60,000 nucleotides of DNA, taken from positions 18,478,001 to 18,538,000 of the forward strand of contig OZ076409.1 in assembly GCA_964187785.1 (NCBI GenBank), read 5' to 3'. This DNA comes from Amphiscolops sp. MND2022. Its lineage: Eukaryota. Every line of letters begins with the position of its first letter. Position 1 is the first letter of the stretch. This document shows, piece after piece, positions 44,661-57,357 of the stretch. Below the pieces are notes generated by a model. It searched no databases and was not told the origin of the DNA. It worked only from the letters and a program-made list of their open reading frames with translations. The translations under genes were made by a program, and so were the position numbers.

Positions 44661-47603
44661 TGTTTGTAGGATCGGTATTGAACATATGTTCAACCCAAAG
44701 ACTTTCGAATTGATTTTCGTTCATGCTATATAGGTCATTTTGCGATTTTGTGTTCATTGTGCTATAAGATGCTATAAGATGTGCATATGATAAGCAAAAC
44801 CCCACCTCTTTTGGCTTTGTTATCGATTATTCTGGCGAACCTTTATGTCTTGAAGTGACTTTTACTCAGTTCTCAGAGATTTTGAATTTTAGATATATTC
44901 AGCAAAGTTTCGGATAATCAGTATGTTGTGTTGTCACCTACGTCATTTGAGATTGTCTGTGGTACTTATCATTTTTTCTTCACGATACTTTGCCAATTGA
45001 TATGGGAGAATTTGTCATTCTTTGGTGCTTTTAGGAATACTTGCGAGACTTTTCTGAAGTTTACGGTTTCATTTTGATATCTCCGGAACATATTAATTTT
45101 TTGAATATTTTTGGATAAAGCACAATCTTTTTCACGGGCCACTTGAACAGAACAATTATTTTACAGAAATGTTTAAATAGGCAGATGAAGTTAGAGCATC
45201 TATGTAGTTATAGAAGACATCAGTATCATGGGTGAAACATTCATAACGCTAGAAAAAAACCTGATTGAAACACAGAAAAGTATTAAAACTGAAATGAGAA
45301 TTTTCCGTCATACAATTTGCATTTTGATTTTTTCAAAAAAACAGGGGAAGTTGATCTGTTGGTAATGCAATTGTTGGTATTTACTCTGAAGTTCTGATCC
45401 GACAGAATGGGCAGCCCAGAAAGGAATATTCATTTGCTTCATGGATGTGTAATTTAGAGTGTGAACTAGATTCTTTAGATCTTAGACTGTAGAATGTGTT
45501 CTGAGTTTTTCAAGACTCAAAAGGAATGTTTCAAAATTCATTGTCTGAATTGTCATAAAAGATTATTAATTATCATCTTGAGAGATGTTTCAGATTTTCT
45601 CAGATAATTAAGTCGTTGGTCTATGTTTGAGACCTAATTATTTTTTGTAACCATTTCTATTTCCTCTTATCATTTTAAGAATTGTTGAAAACTTTGAAAG
45701 AATTACTACTAACCGGTTTGAAAAAAGGCCAAGCGCTTCACGACGGCTTCGAAAGTTAGGAAATACAAGCTGCGACGATAGTAGTTACAAAGCAACGATA
45801 CCGCAACGGGTAAAATGGAGCTTTTAGAGAGGAAAAACCCAAAGTTGGGTTGACGTGTGGAAGTTACAGGGGCAGAATTGAAGTGAAAGATGGTGGCAGA
45901 AAAAAGAGAGGGGGAAAAGAAGACAGAAAGGAACGAACAGTTGCAATTCCAAGTCACTCCAAGTGGCTAAGGAGAAAATTGAAAAAAAATTGGGATAGGG
46001 GAATTGGGAAAAGATGGTTGCTTCTGCTACTTCTGCAGCTTTTTCTGGTGCTGTTATTTTACCACTGGTTTGCCATTGCCACTGTTGCGACAGTAGTTGC
46101 GACTATTATAGATGTCGTTGCGACTAGTGGCCAGTATAGCCCCTCGGCGTCCACAAGGATGGCGGGAAATGAGGGATAATTTGAGGAATAAAAGAAATGT
46201 TGGAATTAGCTGAAATGTACGCACCAATAACCAGCAACAATGCCGTAACACGTACTGTCCCTCGTGTACACACTGCAGTCGCAACAATACTGGCAACAGT
46301 CGCGGACCCAAACAACTGCACGGCAGTAAAAACCAAGGCGCTGGGAAAATTGCGGGGAAAATCGGAAAGGGCAAGGATATTCAAAACTATGGTTTTAAAA
46401 AAATATTTTTGAATGTTGCGGGGGGGGGGTTGTTGGTGGATGGTGGGGCTTATGGTGATTCAAGATTGTAGGATGTGTAGTGACAAGAGGCTCGAAGCGA
46501 GAGGAACTGTTTTCCAGTTGAAAGAAATCTCACATTTGATAATTGTGAATTTATAATTAGTTGTGTTGCAAATTTCAATCTCCAAAGACCTTACTCTCAC
46601 AGGCTGAGATGGTTTTATACCAATGTTAAATAGTTTTTCAGATTAACTGCTATCGCACTTTAACGCTACTTGTGACTGAAAATGGAATTTGAAATTGCAC
46701 TTCTCATCAAATATGCATTTGGTCGTGGGCACCAGAAATCACACCAGCCAAAGACCAGTTCTAAACTGGTGGCACTATCTTCACACGTAAAGTGCTAACA
46801 ACAGTGTTGACTGCAAGATGAAGCAATCATACTTGTATGCATACTTACATTTTTTGCACCTTTCAGCCACGTAGTCGCCTGTTCTGCAAAAAAGGAGAGG
46901 CCTTCAATAATTGTACACATAAAAAGTTAATTGAAAAATTCCGACTCAACTCGCGACATGTCCGGGGAATATAACAAGCATAAATTAGCAGTCTACAAAA
47001 AGTAGCTCTATATATGATTATTCGAAGTTTCTCAATTCAATTTGCAATGCATTTCAATTTTTATGATACTTGCTTCTCTTGAATTGCAAATTCAAATCGA
47101 TCTCGATCAATTTCCCAAATTAATATCCATTTATATAATACTTAGTGAAAAACCTATTAGCCCAAAGATCACAACCATTTGGCATAAAAACTTTGCATTC
47201 TAACAATACGGCAGCAGATGAATGAAAATCGTACATTTTCGGCCATAGAGGTTTCTTTTGGAATCAAAAATTATAAGCTAATTATTTGGGATCAAATTTT
47301 ACTGAATCGAAAATATTCACATTGCTTTAACGTTAGAAACTAGAGCTGGTTATTTGACTCCGTTGTCCAGGTCAACCTACCACTGGTCAAGTAGCGGCAC
47401 GTCTCTCGGCTTCGCTTCCTTCTGAATTTAGTGCATTTTGTGTTAACTTAATGAACTTTTCACTATTTTGATCCTAGTGAAAAAATTCACCATTCGATTC
47501 TAGATTGTATTTGCGAAGTTTTCAATCCTATATAATTAGACCCTGCGTAGCAATCCATTCGTAACTAAATTGTTTTAATGGAATGTATATATACGCATGG
47601 AAT

Positions 47604-47789
47604 ATATATATATATGCAAAAAAACATCCGATAAATTTTGCATTTGGGCAAACCGAACCCGATATTGATAACATCGACGTTCAACGAATCTACATATATG
47701 TAGATTCGTTGAACGTCGATGTTATCAATATCGGGTTCGGTTTGCCCAAATGCAAAATTTATCGGATGTTTTTTTGCATATATATATAT
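47604..47789. repeat. Perfect spacer-less palindrome (186 bp)
   Basis: 93-bp arms are exact reverse complements around TACATA|TATGTA (centre 47696/47697); (AT)n at both outer ends. Confidence 0.95.
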
Positions 47790-48288
47790 TTGCATATTTG
47801 GTTCCATGTTGTTCTTTTTGCATATTCCAAATTTGAGCTGGTTGAGGCATTTTTAGATCGAAAGCGGTCGTATTTGCGGGTGATGAACGCTGCTGAAAAA
47901 ATACACCTAAAAAGATTAGAATTTTTGCTAGGTAATTTGTAATTTCACACCCTGCAATATAGAATATCCAACATTCAATAGCTAATAGTAGCAGAACAAT
48001 TGGTCACATAGTGACTTTTCGATGGATGTTATCTCCTTCTTAGCTCTTGAATAGAAGGTGTTTGGAACATACTGTTGTATAGAGAAAATTTTCTACGGAT
48101 TTTGTAACAAATTTTTTGGGTAGCGAATTTTATAAGATTCAATGATTTCAATTGATTTCAAAGTAAAGTCAGTGAAATGTTGAAAGATAAGAAGTGTTTC
48201 ATGAGCACGAGTTTGAACTATTGATCAAAACGGTCTCTGATTTTTATTGTTTTATTGAAGGTCATAATCCTTCAGCTGCAGTGTCCTG

Positions 48289-48640
48289 TTTTTAGTCGGC
48301 GCTTCATGAAGTGAAACGCGACTATTATAGTGACTTCTTTTCAATCCACACGAACAGACCAAAATAGTTCTTAAAAGTTCTACGAAATTTTAGGGTCCCA
48401 AAATGAATCATTTGGCCTGGCGAACTGAACCAAAAAAGTTTTCCTCTTTTTCCGCGTAACATGCAATACCGGGAGAGACTGAAGGGTCCCCGCTTTCAGT
48501 TTTTTTGGCATTGTGAGACCGTTTTTCTGAATATTTTTTTCACCAAAAGGCCCCCTTCAATTTTTTGATGTTTTGCAACAATGGACGCAAAACAGTGGAA
48601 ATGGTCCGCTTTTTAGTGCGCCGCGGCGCCGCTAGCGTTT
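48289..48640 (+). mobile_element. 5' part of a HINE copy, truncated near an LTR
   Basis: TTTTTAGTCGGCGC...CGCGACTA start; similar to the 44050 copy; no 3' hairpin seen. Confidence 0.55.
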
Positions 48641-48665
48641 TATTCCTGAAGAAAAGTTCTTGCAC

Positions 48666-51200
48666 TGTAACGTCCAGCTAGCAGCGTACATTCTAGAACT
48701 GGGATATGACCAGGTTGCTTCACCAGGAGGCCATGTTCCTACTACAACACTGGACACTAGTTTTTAATCCCAAAATAGTCTCCAAGGGGGACGTTCCATA
48801 CGTCGAGGAGGTTCCTCATGTTAGAGCTCCGAGGCAACGTACCGGCACTGTCAAAGTCCGGACGAACCGCACAAGCCTGTAAAATCGATTCCTAAGGTTC
48901 CTAACGTATTCCTGATACTCCTATATACTTCCGAGGTCCAAAACACGTATTTAGCTGAAGTACATTTTATTGACCAAATACATCAAAATACAGGCTGTAA
49001 TAGATCTTACATTTCGAAATACGTGAAATTAACAATATAGCTGCCATAAAACATGAGGTCAAAGCCTCACCGAGACTTTGACTTACGTGCTACTTCATAC
49101 CGGATGAAGCAAACACTGCAGTTTCCGGGTTTTCCGGCGTAACTGGGTGATTTTGGCATTTCTGGACGTTTTTCTTCTGTTGCTGTTGTCACTTTTGGGC
49201 TTCTCAGAGTATCCACGGGGTGTTTCTTGTTTTTTTTTTGACTGGGGTCCATCAGGACCCCCCTGCTGGCGGGGTCTCTCTTTTGTAGCTTTTTTGTCTT
49301 CCTGACTGATTCGAAGTACGTCCCAGGTTGGCCATTTTCGTTTGTGCAATACTTCGAACTCTTCAAAGTTTGCCAGATGATGATCTTTTTGTCAGGTCGT
49401 CCAAGATGCTTGACGTTACATCCTACCTGGGCGTAGTTTTCCGTCCTCGGCAAACGAGGGTGGACGTTCACGTTTTGGTTGCCATCATCCAGTGATACTG
49501 TTTCATCAACCCAGCACTTCAGGAACCCAAATAGAAGTTTCAGCCCAAAAGAAGAAGTTTTTTCGCAAACCTAGCAAGTTTTCTTAGATTCAACACCAAC
49601 AATGGCTTCTAGCACTGGAATAGCTATATCAGTTTTAGACACTAAGCATCGTTTTGAAAAGATTCTCTGAGTTTTGATCCCGCACCAAAATTTCTAGCAC
49701 TTTTTGTTCTGGCATCTGTATAAAATGAACCCACCACAACAAGTTTGGCTCTAAGCTGGGGGCCATCTGATAATTTAGGTTTTGCAAAATGCACAATCGC
49801 ACTTGAAGGGCGTAAATGAACAGCTATGCTCTTGATAAAGGGTCGTAGGGCATTGTAAAAAGAAACTGCTCTGTGAATAGCACCAATGTGGAAGCAAATT
49901 TCAGAGCATCAAAAATATCACCAAAAGAGAAGCCATTCAATCTTTTATAGGCAGTGTAGGTTCAGTTCAAGCAATAGTCTAGGTAGTGTATAGATAAGAG
50001 ATGGTAGTATACTACTTTTTTAGAGCTTGATTAGATCGATAGCGACAATAGACTAGGACCAACAGAAGTTTAAAATCAAGCATTGTAGATCATGAAAACT
50101 GTGTTTAGCATTGAAAACCACTTCCGGAGCTATCATTAGAACTTTAAAAATACGGCCGCTGACCTAGCAGTTTTCAGAGTTTCGAAGCTGCGAGAGTTAT
50201 GTCATGCTCAGTGTTGATTTCGCTCGGGATGGTACCTTAATTTCCCGGACCAATCTCTGTCCGATGTTTTCACATCAACATGGTTCACGCAACTGCCTAT
50301 ACTAGTAGACCACATGTAGAACTTGGTAAATCAGGCGTTTTGTGTCACTCGTTCTGCCCTGTTTCTGAAGAGCACAACTAGAAAGTTAAGTGGATCAGGG
50401 ACTAGGGGTAGACTTCAGAGGTGCGTAGGATGAAAGACACTGACATTGGAGTGGTTTTTTCAGTTACAATCGTGGTACGATCAGAAAAAGTGCTCTTGTT
50501 CAATTGTGGTAGTCACTGGTTTACTTATTGTTCTGCTCTGAGACGCACTGCGTACAATGTCTAACCTCTAAAAACGCCAATTAACGCGTTTAGGGAGCAA
50601 ACTTCATTTTATCAATGGTTTCTACTAAATCATTTGGTCGGTCGCCCAGGAAAGAGTTAACTATAGAAAATACCCACTCGACGTTCAAGTTTTGTGCCAG
50701 AGCAGAAGCAAAATAGCCCATTTCCACCGGTTCTTTGGTTCCTCTTCCTGATGTAAGTTCTGCGGTCAACCAAAGTCCCGTATTTTTTTTCAACAACATC
50801 GTTCAAGTTGGCTAAGGCAACTTCAGCCACGGGATTTTGGGTTCCACATTCTCCAGGCCAATAAGCTATGTGATAACATCATAGATTGCTTTTTGTGCCA
50901 AGAGCAACGTGTAACTGCTTGCTTCGGATGCCTTGATAAAGTCGCAGAAAAATGAAAGACCATTTGTAACGGCAAGCTGTTGTCGGTCGCTTAGCACGCT
51001 AACAGAGGTGGAAGAACCTGCAGAAATGGGTAAACCGGTCGGGACAGGCGCCCATCGCTTCAGATCCATTTTGCTTCCGGGGGTGAAATACGTCCCGAGG
51101 CCGTGGGTGCTTCGACGAATACTGTCCAACCGGTCCTAGTCTTTGATTGCTAATAGTAACGGGCATCTTCCTGACTCTCTAAAGACCACCGCTTAACTAG
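48666..51200 (-). mobile_element. Truncated LTR retrotransposon: 3' LTR (48666-49420, 755 bp), PPT-like site and decayed 3' internal ORF
   Basis: Terminal inverted repeat TGTAACGTC...GACGTTACA; on - the LTR is preceded by GCCCAGGTAGGA (compare GCCTGGGGAGTGA in the giant element); broken ORF pieces at 50590-51129. Confidence 0.6.
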
Positions 51201-51899
51201 CAATATAAAAACAACGCCAAGAATAAGGTAAATTTCCAGTTCCAGGGTGACATGGGTAACAAGTTCTAAACTGGGTATTAAGGTCTAAAACTATCAAAAC
51301 TAGCTAAAACCAGTGAAAATACATCAGAACAGGCACGAATATGGCAAACTACCTAGCTAAAAGCTGGGGCACAGGGACTCCAAGCTCCAAACATTGATAA
51401 TTAAGCTACAGGACTCATTTTGCTGGTTTCCGCTACTTAAGGTAGCATAATGTTAAATTTAATGAAAACCAAGGTCAGCACCTGAAAAAGAGTTTTTTAA
51501 AGAGTTTTTCTAAGCCCTCAAGCTTTTTCCATCTCTGCGTTCTCGCTCGGTCTTGCTCGGTCCTCGTTTTGCATTGGAAATGGCGAAAACAGCGAAAAGA
51601 GCAATCACATGCTCAGTGCCACGTCAAACATCGAATTAGAACTTTTGACAAAATTTCTGAACATGTCAAAATTGCAAAATTGCCGTACCAGAGGTTCCCG
51701 TTACAATTAAGATCTACACGCCTTATAAGCTCTTCGTTTTTCATATCCTCGACTAAGTCTTGTGCTAAGTCAGCATCGACGCATTCTTTGCTCAAAAAAT
51801 CTTGAAGAAAATCCAGTTATTTACGATATATGCAACTCCATTCATGTGTCAAAGTGTGCTGCTACGGGAATTGGATACAAGGATTTGTCCCATCGTTGT

Positions 51900-52440
51900 G
51901 ATTTCACTCGTTTCGACGGGCAACTGATTTGAATAACGCTGTCACTTTTCGCACCAATCCAGAAGCTGTTTTTCCTTTCTTGCCATTTGTGATGTTACGC
52001 GAGATATCAAATGTGTGGTACATGTGACATGGATACAGAATGGATACATGATTGCAATGATTGCAAAAAAAATTTGATTGTTCATCACAGATGATGCAGC
52101 ATACAAAGTTCGATGCGCCAGCAATCTCAAAGAAATTCTGTATCCAAGAAATTCTGTCCATGGATACAGAATTTCTTTGAGATTGCTGGCGCATCGAACT
52201 TTGTATGCTGCATCATCTGTGATGAACAATCAAATTTTTTTTGTGTACTGTAGATACCCAACTTTGTTCAAACACCAGTCATTTTTTGATTCACTGTGCG
52301 TGAATTTGGTGCTGCCTCCCCACAGTGACCTCCAGCAAGTACGGATCCTTCGTACCAGTGGCGCTCAGTTCGCCGATGAAAAATGCGAAATTTTTTCTGC
52401 TGTTGTAGTTAGCCTCGTCAAACATCACAAAGAAAGCAGT
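51900..52440 (-). pseudogene. hAT-like transposase remnant
   Basis: FVMFDE (~52414-52433), FITDDAAY...NLKEILYP and HVTCTTHL (CxxH) in the expected order; disrupted by an inverted insertion. Confidence 0.6.
52064..52243. repeat. Inverted repeat, 83-bp arms with a 14-bp spacer
   Basis: 52064-52146 is the exact reverse complement of 52161-52243; spacer AGAAATTCTGTCCA copies the arm end. Confidence 0.92.
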
Positions 52441-52560
52441 AAATATAGAGATCATTATCTTTAATGCATAGATTGCATATAATTATAGTTATATTAATTA
52501 TAGTTATCAATAATTGATTGCTCAGCGATCTTGAAAATATAAATTAAATACCTTGTTACC

Positions 52561-53028
52561 GAGGGTGTTAAATATTGATTGTATTGCAAAATTATTGTCG
52601 GCAAAAATAAATAATTCCTATTGCTCAGGAGAAACAATAAATTATTGAACCAATGATTCAATTATTGTCAAACCGAAAACAATTATTGCCCAGAATTATT
52701 TTTTAAATCAAAGTTTGACAATTAATCATTGATTTTGTCAGCCTCTTGGTTTCTCATCTCACAAACAGTTTGTACATCATAAAAAAGCCTGCTTGGGCGC
52801 AAGAACACCTCTGCCTCGAGACTGCTTGGCAACAATTTTTTTCCGATAATCGGTAAACTCGTTATTCTCATTGGCCAGTACTAGGATTCCTACGCATACA
52901 CGTAGGCTACACTAAAAACAATTTTGCCTTCAAAAATAAATAATTTGTATTGCTTTTGCCCAAAAATAAATAATTGCAATTTGTCTATTGCCAATTATTT
53001 TCCCGACAATTATTATTTTAACACCCTT
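52561..53028. mobile_element. Mutator-like MITE (468 bp)
   Basis: Long imperfect TIRs GAGGGTGTTAAA...TTTAACACCCTT; 9-bp flanking duplication CTTGTTACC / CTTGTGACC (one mismatch). Confidence 0.7.
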
Positions 53029-53127
53029 CTTGTGACCCAAATGATGTTAATTGTAAAGTTGTTTGGTATGGGATCTGGAGCGACGAAGCCTTGTAATTGG
53101 TTGCACTTTTGGTGTGATCGGAGACAT

Positions 53128-55169
53128 CCCAGGTTGTCACGCCATGGCCCGCCATCCATGATTCATCCATGATTCATGGCTCGCCATGGCATGGCCCATG
53201 ACATGGGCAATGTATGGAAATCCATGAATCATGGATGAATCATGGATGGAAATCCATGTGCCATGGCTGAAAAAAATTTGAAACGGGCCGTTTCGATAGC
53301 CAAAACTGCCTTGAAAAAAGATGGATATGGTCCTATTTTTGACCACTATCCATTACTTGAGCTGAAACAAAATGAAGTTAGAAGCATAATGTCGGACATT
53401 CAGTTCAACTGAAAGCAAAGCATTCAGTAATCGAAAAATGTCCTTATTCTGGGTTGGAGGCTCTCTGCTAGTGCGGTATATTATAGATATACCACACGTG
53501 ACAGGACTCACGACGAGAACGTGGCCTCCGGCGAGTCCCAAAAACTAAGATCTCAATTGGAAAGAGGAGTTTTGTAGCAAGATTTCTCGAAAAAAAGACA
53601 TGAAATCACCAAAACTACAGTACGATTCATAGGTATTAGACCATAAAGATGCAGAATTTAGTTCGGAATCGGACGAGGCATTGATCTAGATACAAACTAG
53701 AATGATTATACATTTTCTCTAATATTGATCTGAAAACAAGCGTTTTGTAACAAGATTTCTCGAAAAAAGGACATGAAATCAGCAAAACTACAGTACGATT
53801 CATATGTATTAGGCCATATAGATGCAAAATTCATTTCGAAATTGGTCGAGGCAGTGATCAAAATACAAACTAGAATAACTCTACATTTTCTCTAAAATTG
53901 ATCTGAAAACAAGCATTTTGTAACAAGATTTCTCGAAAAAAAGACATGAAATCAGCAAAACTACAGTACGATTCATAGGTATTAGACCATATAGACGCAG
54001 AATTTAGTTCGGAATAGGACCAGGCATTGATCTAGATACAAACAAGAACAATTCTACATTTTCTCTAAAATTGATCTGAAAAGAAGCGTTTTTTAACAAG
54101 ATTTACCGAAAAAGACATTAAATCAGCAAAACTACAGTACGATTCATAGATTATAGACCATATAGATGCAGAATTTAGTTCGGAATCGGACGAGGCATTA
54201 ATCTAGATACAAACAAGAACAATTCTACATTTTCTCTAAAATTGATCTGAAAAGAAGCATTTTTTAACAAGATTTACCGAAAAAGACATGAAATCAGCAA
54301 AACTACAGTACGATTCATAGATTATAGACCATATAGATGCAGAATTTAGTTCGGAATCGGACGAGGCATTAATCTAGATACAAACAAGAACAATTCTACA
54401 TTTTCTCTAAAATTGATCTGAAAAGAAGCGTTTTTTAACAAGATTTACCGAAAAAGACATGAAATCAGCAAAACTACAGTACGATTCATAGTTATTAGAC
54501 CATATAGATGCAGAATTTAGTTCGGAATCGGACGAGGCATTAATCTAGATACAAACTAGAACAATTTTACATTTTCTCTGAAATTCATCGGAAAACAAGC
54601 GTTTTGTAACAAGGTTTCTCGAAAAAAAGACATGAAATCAGCAAAACTACAGTACGATTCATAGGTAATAGACCATATAAGTGCAGAATCCAGATCGAAA
54701 TCGGGCGAAGCATTGATCTAGATACAAACTAGAATAACTATATATTTTCTCTAAAATTGATCTGAAAAGACGCGTTTTTCCGCAATTCTATCAAAAACCA
54801 TCCCCAAAACCATCAAAAACCCACCTAATGCTAACGAAACTCCTACCTATCTCAGCGGCTTCAGGAAACGCGGTGCCGAAAAGCGTCCTTAATGCTACCC
54901 GGGCCATTAAGGTAACCCTCAGATTCTGAGGCCTAGAAAAAGAGACAGAGACAAAAACTGACACGGTAAGAGAAAATTTTCGACTTCGAACGAAATTTTC
55001 AACATGGCTCATCATGGATGAATCATGGGTCAAAATCATGGATGATGATCCATGGGGCCATGCCCTGCCATGGGCCATCCATGATTTTCCATGAAAGTAG
55101 AAGTAATATGCCGAAAAATCCATGATCATGGATGATTTTCCATGAACGAGCCATGACAGACAACCTGGG
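53128..55169. mobile_element. Non-autonomous CACTA/EnSpm-like element
   Basis: TIR CCCAGGTTGTC...GACAACCTGGG; 2-bp AT flanks; CCATG/CATGG-rich subterminal repeats at both ends. Confidence 0.7.
53570..54779. repeat. Tandem array of seven 171-173 bp units inside the CACTA-like element
   Basis: Anchor motif at 53581, 53754, 53927, 54100, 54271, 54442 and 54613. Confidence 0.95.
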
Positions 55170-56718
55170 ATGGTTCATTTTCTGACAATCAAAAGACCTG
55201 GAACACAAAGTGCTAAAGACACAGAATCCACCGGTAACATTTATGGTAAAAGTTTTTAGGAAATCAAGTTCTTTTACTTGCACACGTTAGGTTTTCAACG
55301 ACGCGTTTCTTGGCATAATACATATAATCTGAAATGAACAAAATCGCTATATGTCGACTATGTCGTATTTCTCAGAAACACGATACGCAAGAAAGCGTAA
55401 CAGAGTTAATAATACAAATTTCGACACATTTTGCGTCGGCGACGCTGAAAACGCTGAAAACTTATGCTCCTATTGATGACAAAGCGATCGAGAATGAGCT
55501 GTGGAGTTCACCTTGGGTAATCGGCAAAGAGATTTGCTACTTCTGAATATCTCAAAATCCCACAGGCAGGACACTTTGATGAGGTATAATTTCTTGGACG
55601 AAAAAGGAATAAGAAGCTTCCGGTAAGAAGCTAAATGGTGTTTGAGGGTTGTTTTATTCCACTGTCAAGGTCAACCTGGTAGTTCCATGGTGTTTATACG
55701 GCACATAGACACTGTTTTCTCTTTGGAAAATGATCTGAGTTTACTTATGATAGCTTCCTTTTGTCTCAAAAGTTGCTAGCAGTTTGTGTTGGTTGCGACT
55801 CGTTTCCACGGGCCATTATTGTGCATTTTCAGGACAATCGAAGTTTGATTCCTCACTACTTTCTTGGAACAAATTATACAAACAATGATTTGATGGACAG
55901 ACTCAAACTTCTCATTTTTTGTCCAAAAGTTCTTTTCCAACCCACTTAATCTTTCATCCCATTCCTCTTGATTTCAACGTAAAATGCACAAAAGAAAATG
56001 TAGTTATACCCAAAAGAGTACTGCCGCATTAATGCTTTATTGTAAATGCTGTCGTTTTTTCACAGTTTTTATACGCTGCTTTTTACTGCAGTGGAAGAGT
56101 TTTCAGTGAGTTTCTCGATCACGTTTGCGACAACGAACGGTTGTAAACACGTTTAATGTCCTAATCGTTAATTCATATCATCACAAAGCGTCTGGAATTG
56201 GTGCCCAACGAAAGGACCAGAATGCGCAAGCAATGTCTCATTAAAAATTTTAATGCTATTTCTATGGAAAGTTTGAGGAATCTTACAGAGGAGACCCTTT
56301 TAACTTAACAAAGGCTTTATGCAACTGGAAATATTAGAAAACCGAAGTAAACCATTGGGTGGAACAAAAACAAAACTGCCAACAAAATCTGAATGTTGGA
56401 TCCTTTTGCCGCTTTTTGTTCTTCTTGGAAAAATTATATTACCATTTAGATGCCTGCAACAATGTTAACCGAAGAAAGTAATAGTTGAGAGACATTTTGA
56501 TTTGTTATTTCTGTAACTTCAGGTTATATAGTTGATATCTGTAACGTTCAGCAAAAAAACGCAACCTAGAGATGCTTGCGGAGGTATCGTAGACGTATAG
56601 ACAGGAGGCCACCCTAGTTGAGACTGATGGAACAATTCACATACGGCTGGTCTGAATGGAGGGTAATTTTAATAAAGCGTAAAAAATTCATTGAGGTTCC
56701 CGTGTAAATCGTATAGAA

Positions 56719-57357
56719 TTACTGTTGACGTGAAGCTCGAAGACTGTGTAAAAACAACTTCAAGTAGAAATGTGTGTCGTGATCATCCCTACAGTCTAAT
56801 GAGCTTAGTGAGCCATCTCTAGATTGGGGATGATTGTTTGAATTCGATTGTACTCTACATTTGGTATTTTCCCAAACACTTTGGTGTTTTTTACCTTCGG
56901 TGTTCCTGCTTAGTCTACTAGACCTTGAGTCCACATTCGTCCCTAACCCACTATTTTGTCCTGACAATGAACTTTGGATCGAAGGAAGGATCGAGTCCTG
57001 AATCGCTGAGTTAATAGACTCTGTGATTTGTGTGTCGAGATTCCTTTTCAGTTCAGCTATCTTCCTATTCATTTGGTAAGATATTTCCTCAGAGATGAGT
57101 CTATTGGTTTCCATTGTCATCTCACAACTATTTCTATCTTCTGAGGTTAATAACGTCCTAAAATCCTCACAATTTCTGACCATGTCGGTCCTTTTCCTAT
57201 TGGACCCTGAGTCCACTTCTACATTTTCATTCAGATCAACGTCTGATTGATTTTCTGGGTAATTTCCTAACATGACATTCATATTTTCAAGATCAGACAA
57301 TACGTCTGATTGCCTCGCTCGCTTTTCCTTAGCTTTCTGTTTCCTTGTGGAAGGCAT
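56719..57357 (-). CDS. LTR-encoded Gag-like N-terminal ORF (194 codons inside the LTR, then reads into flank)
   Basis: MPSTRKQKAKEKRARQSDVLSDLENMNVML...coiled coil...RDDHD is open up to the LTR's terminal CA; homologous ORF in the 34.7-kb solo LTR. Confidence 0.6.
   Translation of the reverse strand: MPSTRKQKAKEKRARQSDVLSDLENMNVMLGNYPENQSDVDLNENVEVDSGSNRKRTDMVRNCEDFRTLLTSEDRNSCEMTMETNRLISEEISYQMNRKIAELKRNLDTQITESINSAIQDSILPSIQSSLSGQNSGLGTNVDSRSSRLSRNTEGKKHQSVWENTKCRVQSNSNNHPQSRDGSLSSLDCRDDHDTHFYLKLFLHSLRASRQQ

Larger units (their letters stand above)
38240..44900 (-). pseudogene. Fragmented LINE ORF2 remnant (RT part triplicated; EN part interrupted by HINEs)
   Basis: Each unit contains GTVLGPLPFNIYVN and IYKKGD...NYRPISITP on the - strand; further right lie IDFN (~43925) and KRGGVLL (~44800) endonuclease-like motifs. 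Confidence 0.65.

Noticed and set aside
45700..46560. GC-richer segment with several short ORFs, possibly a LINE 5' region with a decayed Cys/His finger
   Set aside because: Too degenerate to support a call.
47565..47942. Mirror ORFs on both strands (also at 51904-52464)
   Set aside because: By-products of the palindromes.
50965..50980. 14-bp match (TGTAACGGCAAGCT) to the start of the giant element's LTR
   Set aside because: Similarity does not extend on either side; treated as chance.
53570..54779. CRISPR-like array
   Set aside because: Units repeat along their whole length with no unique spacers; eukaryotic context and no cas genes.
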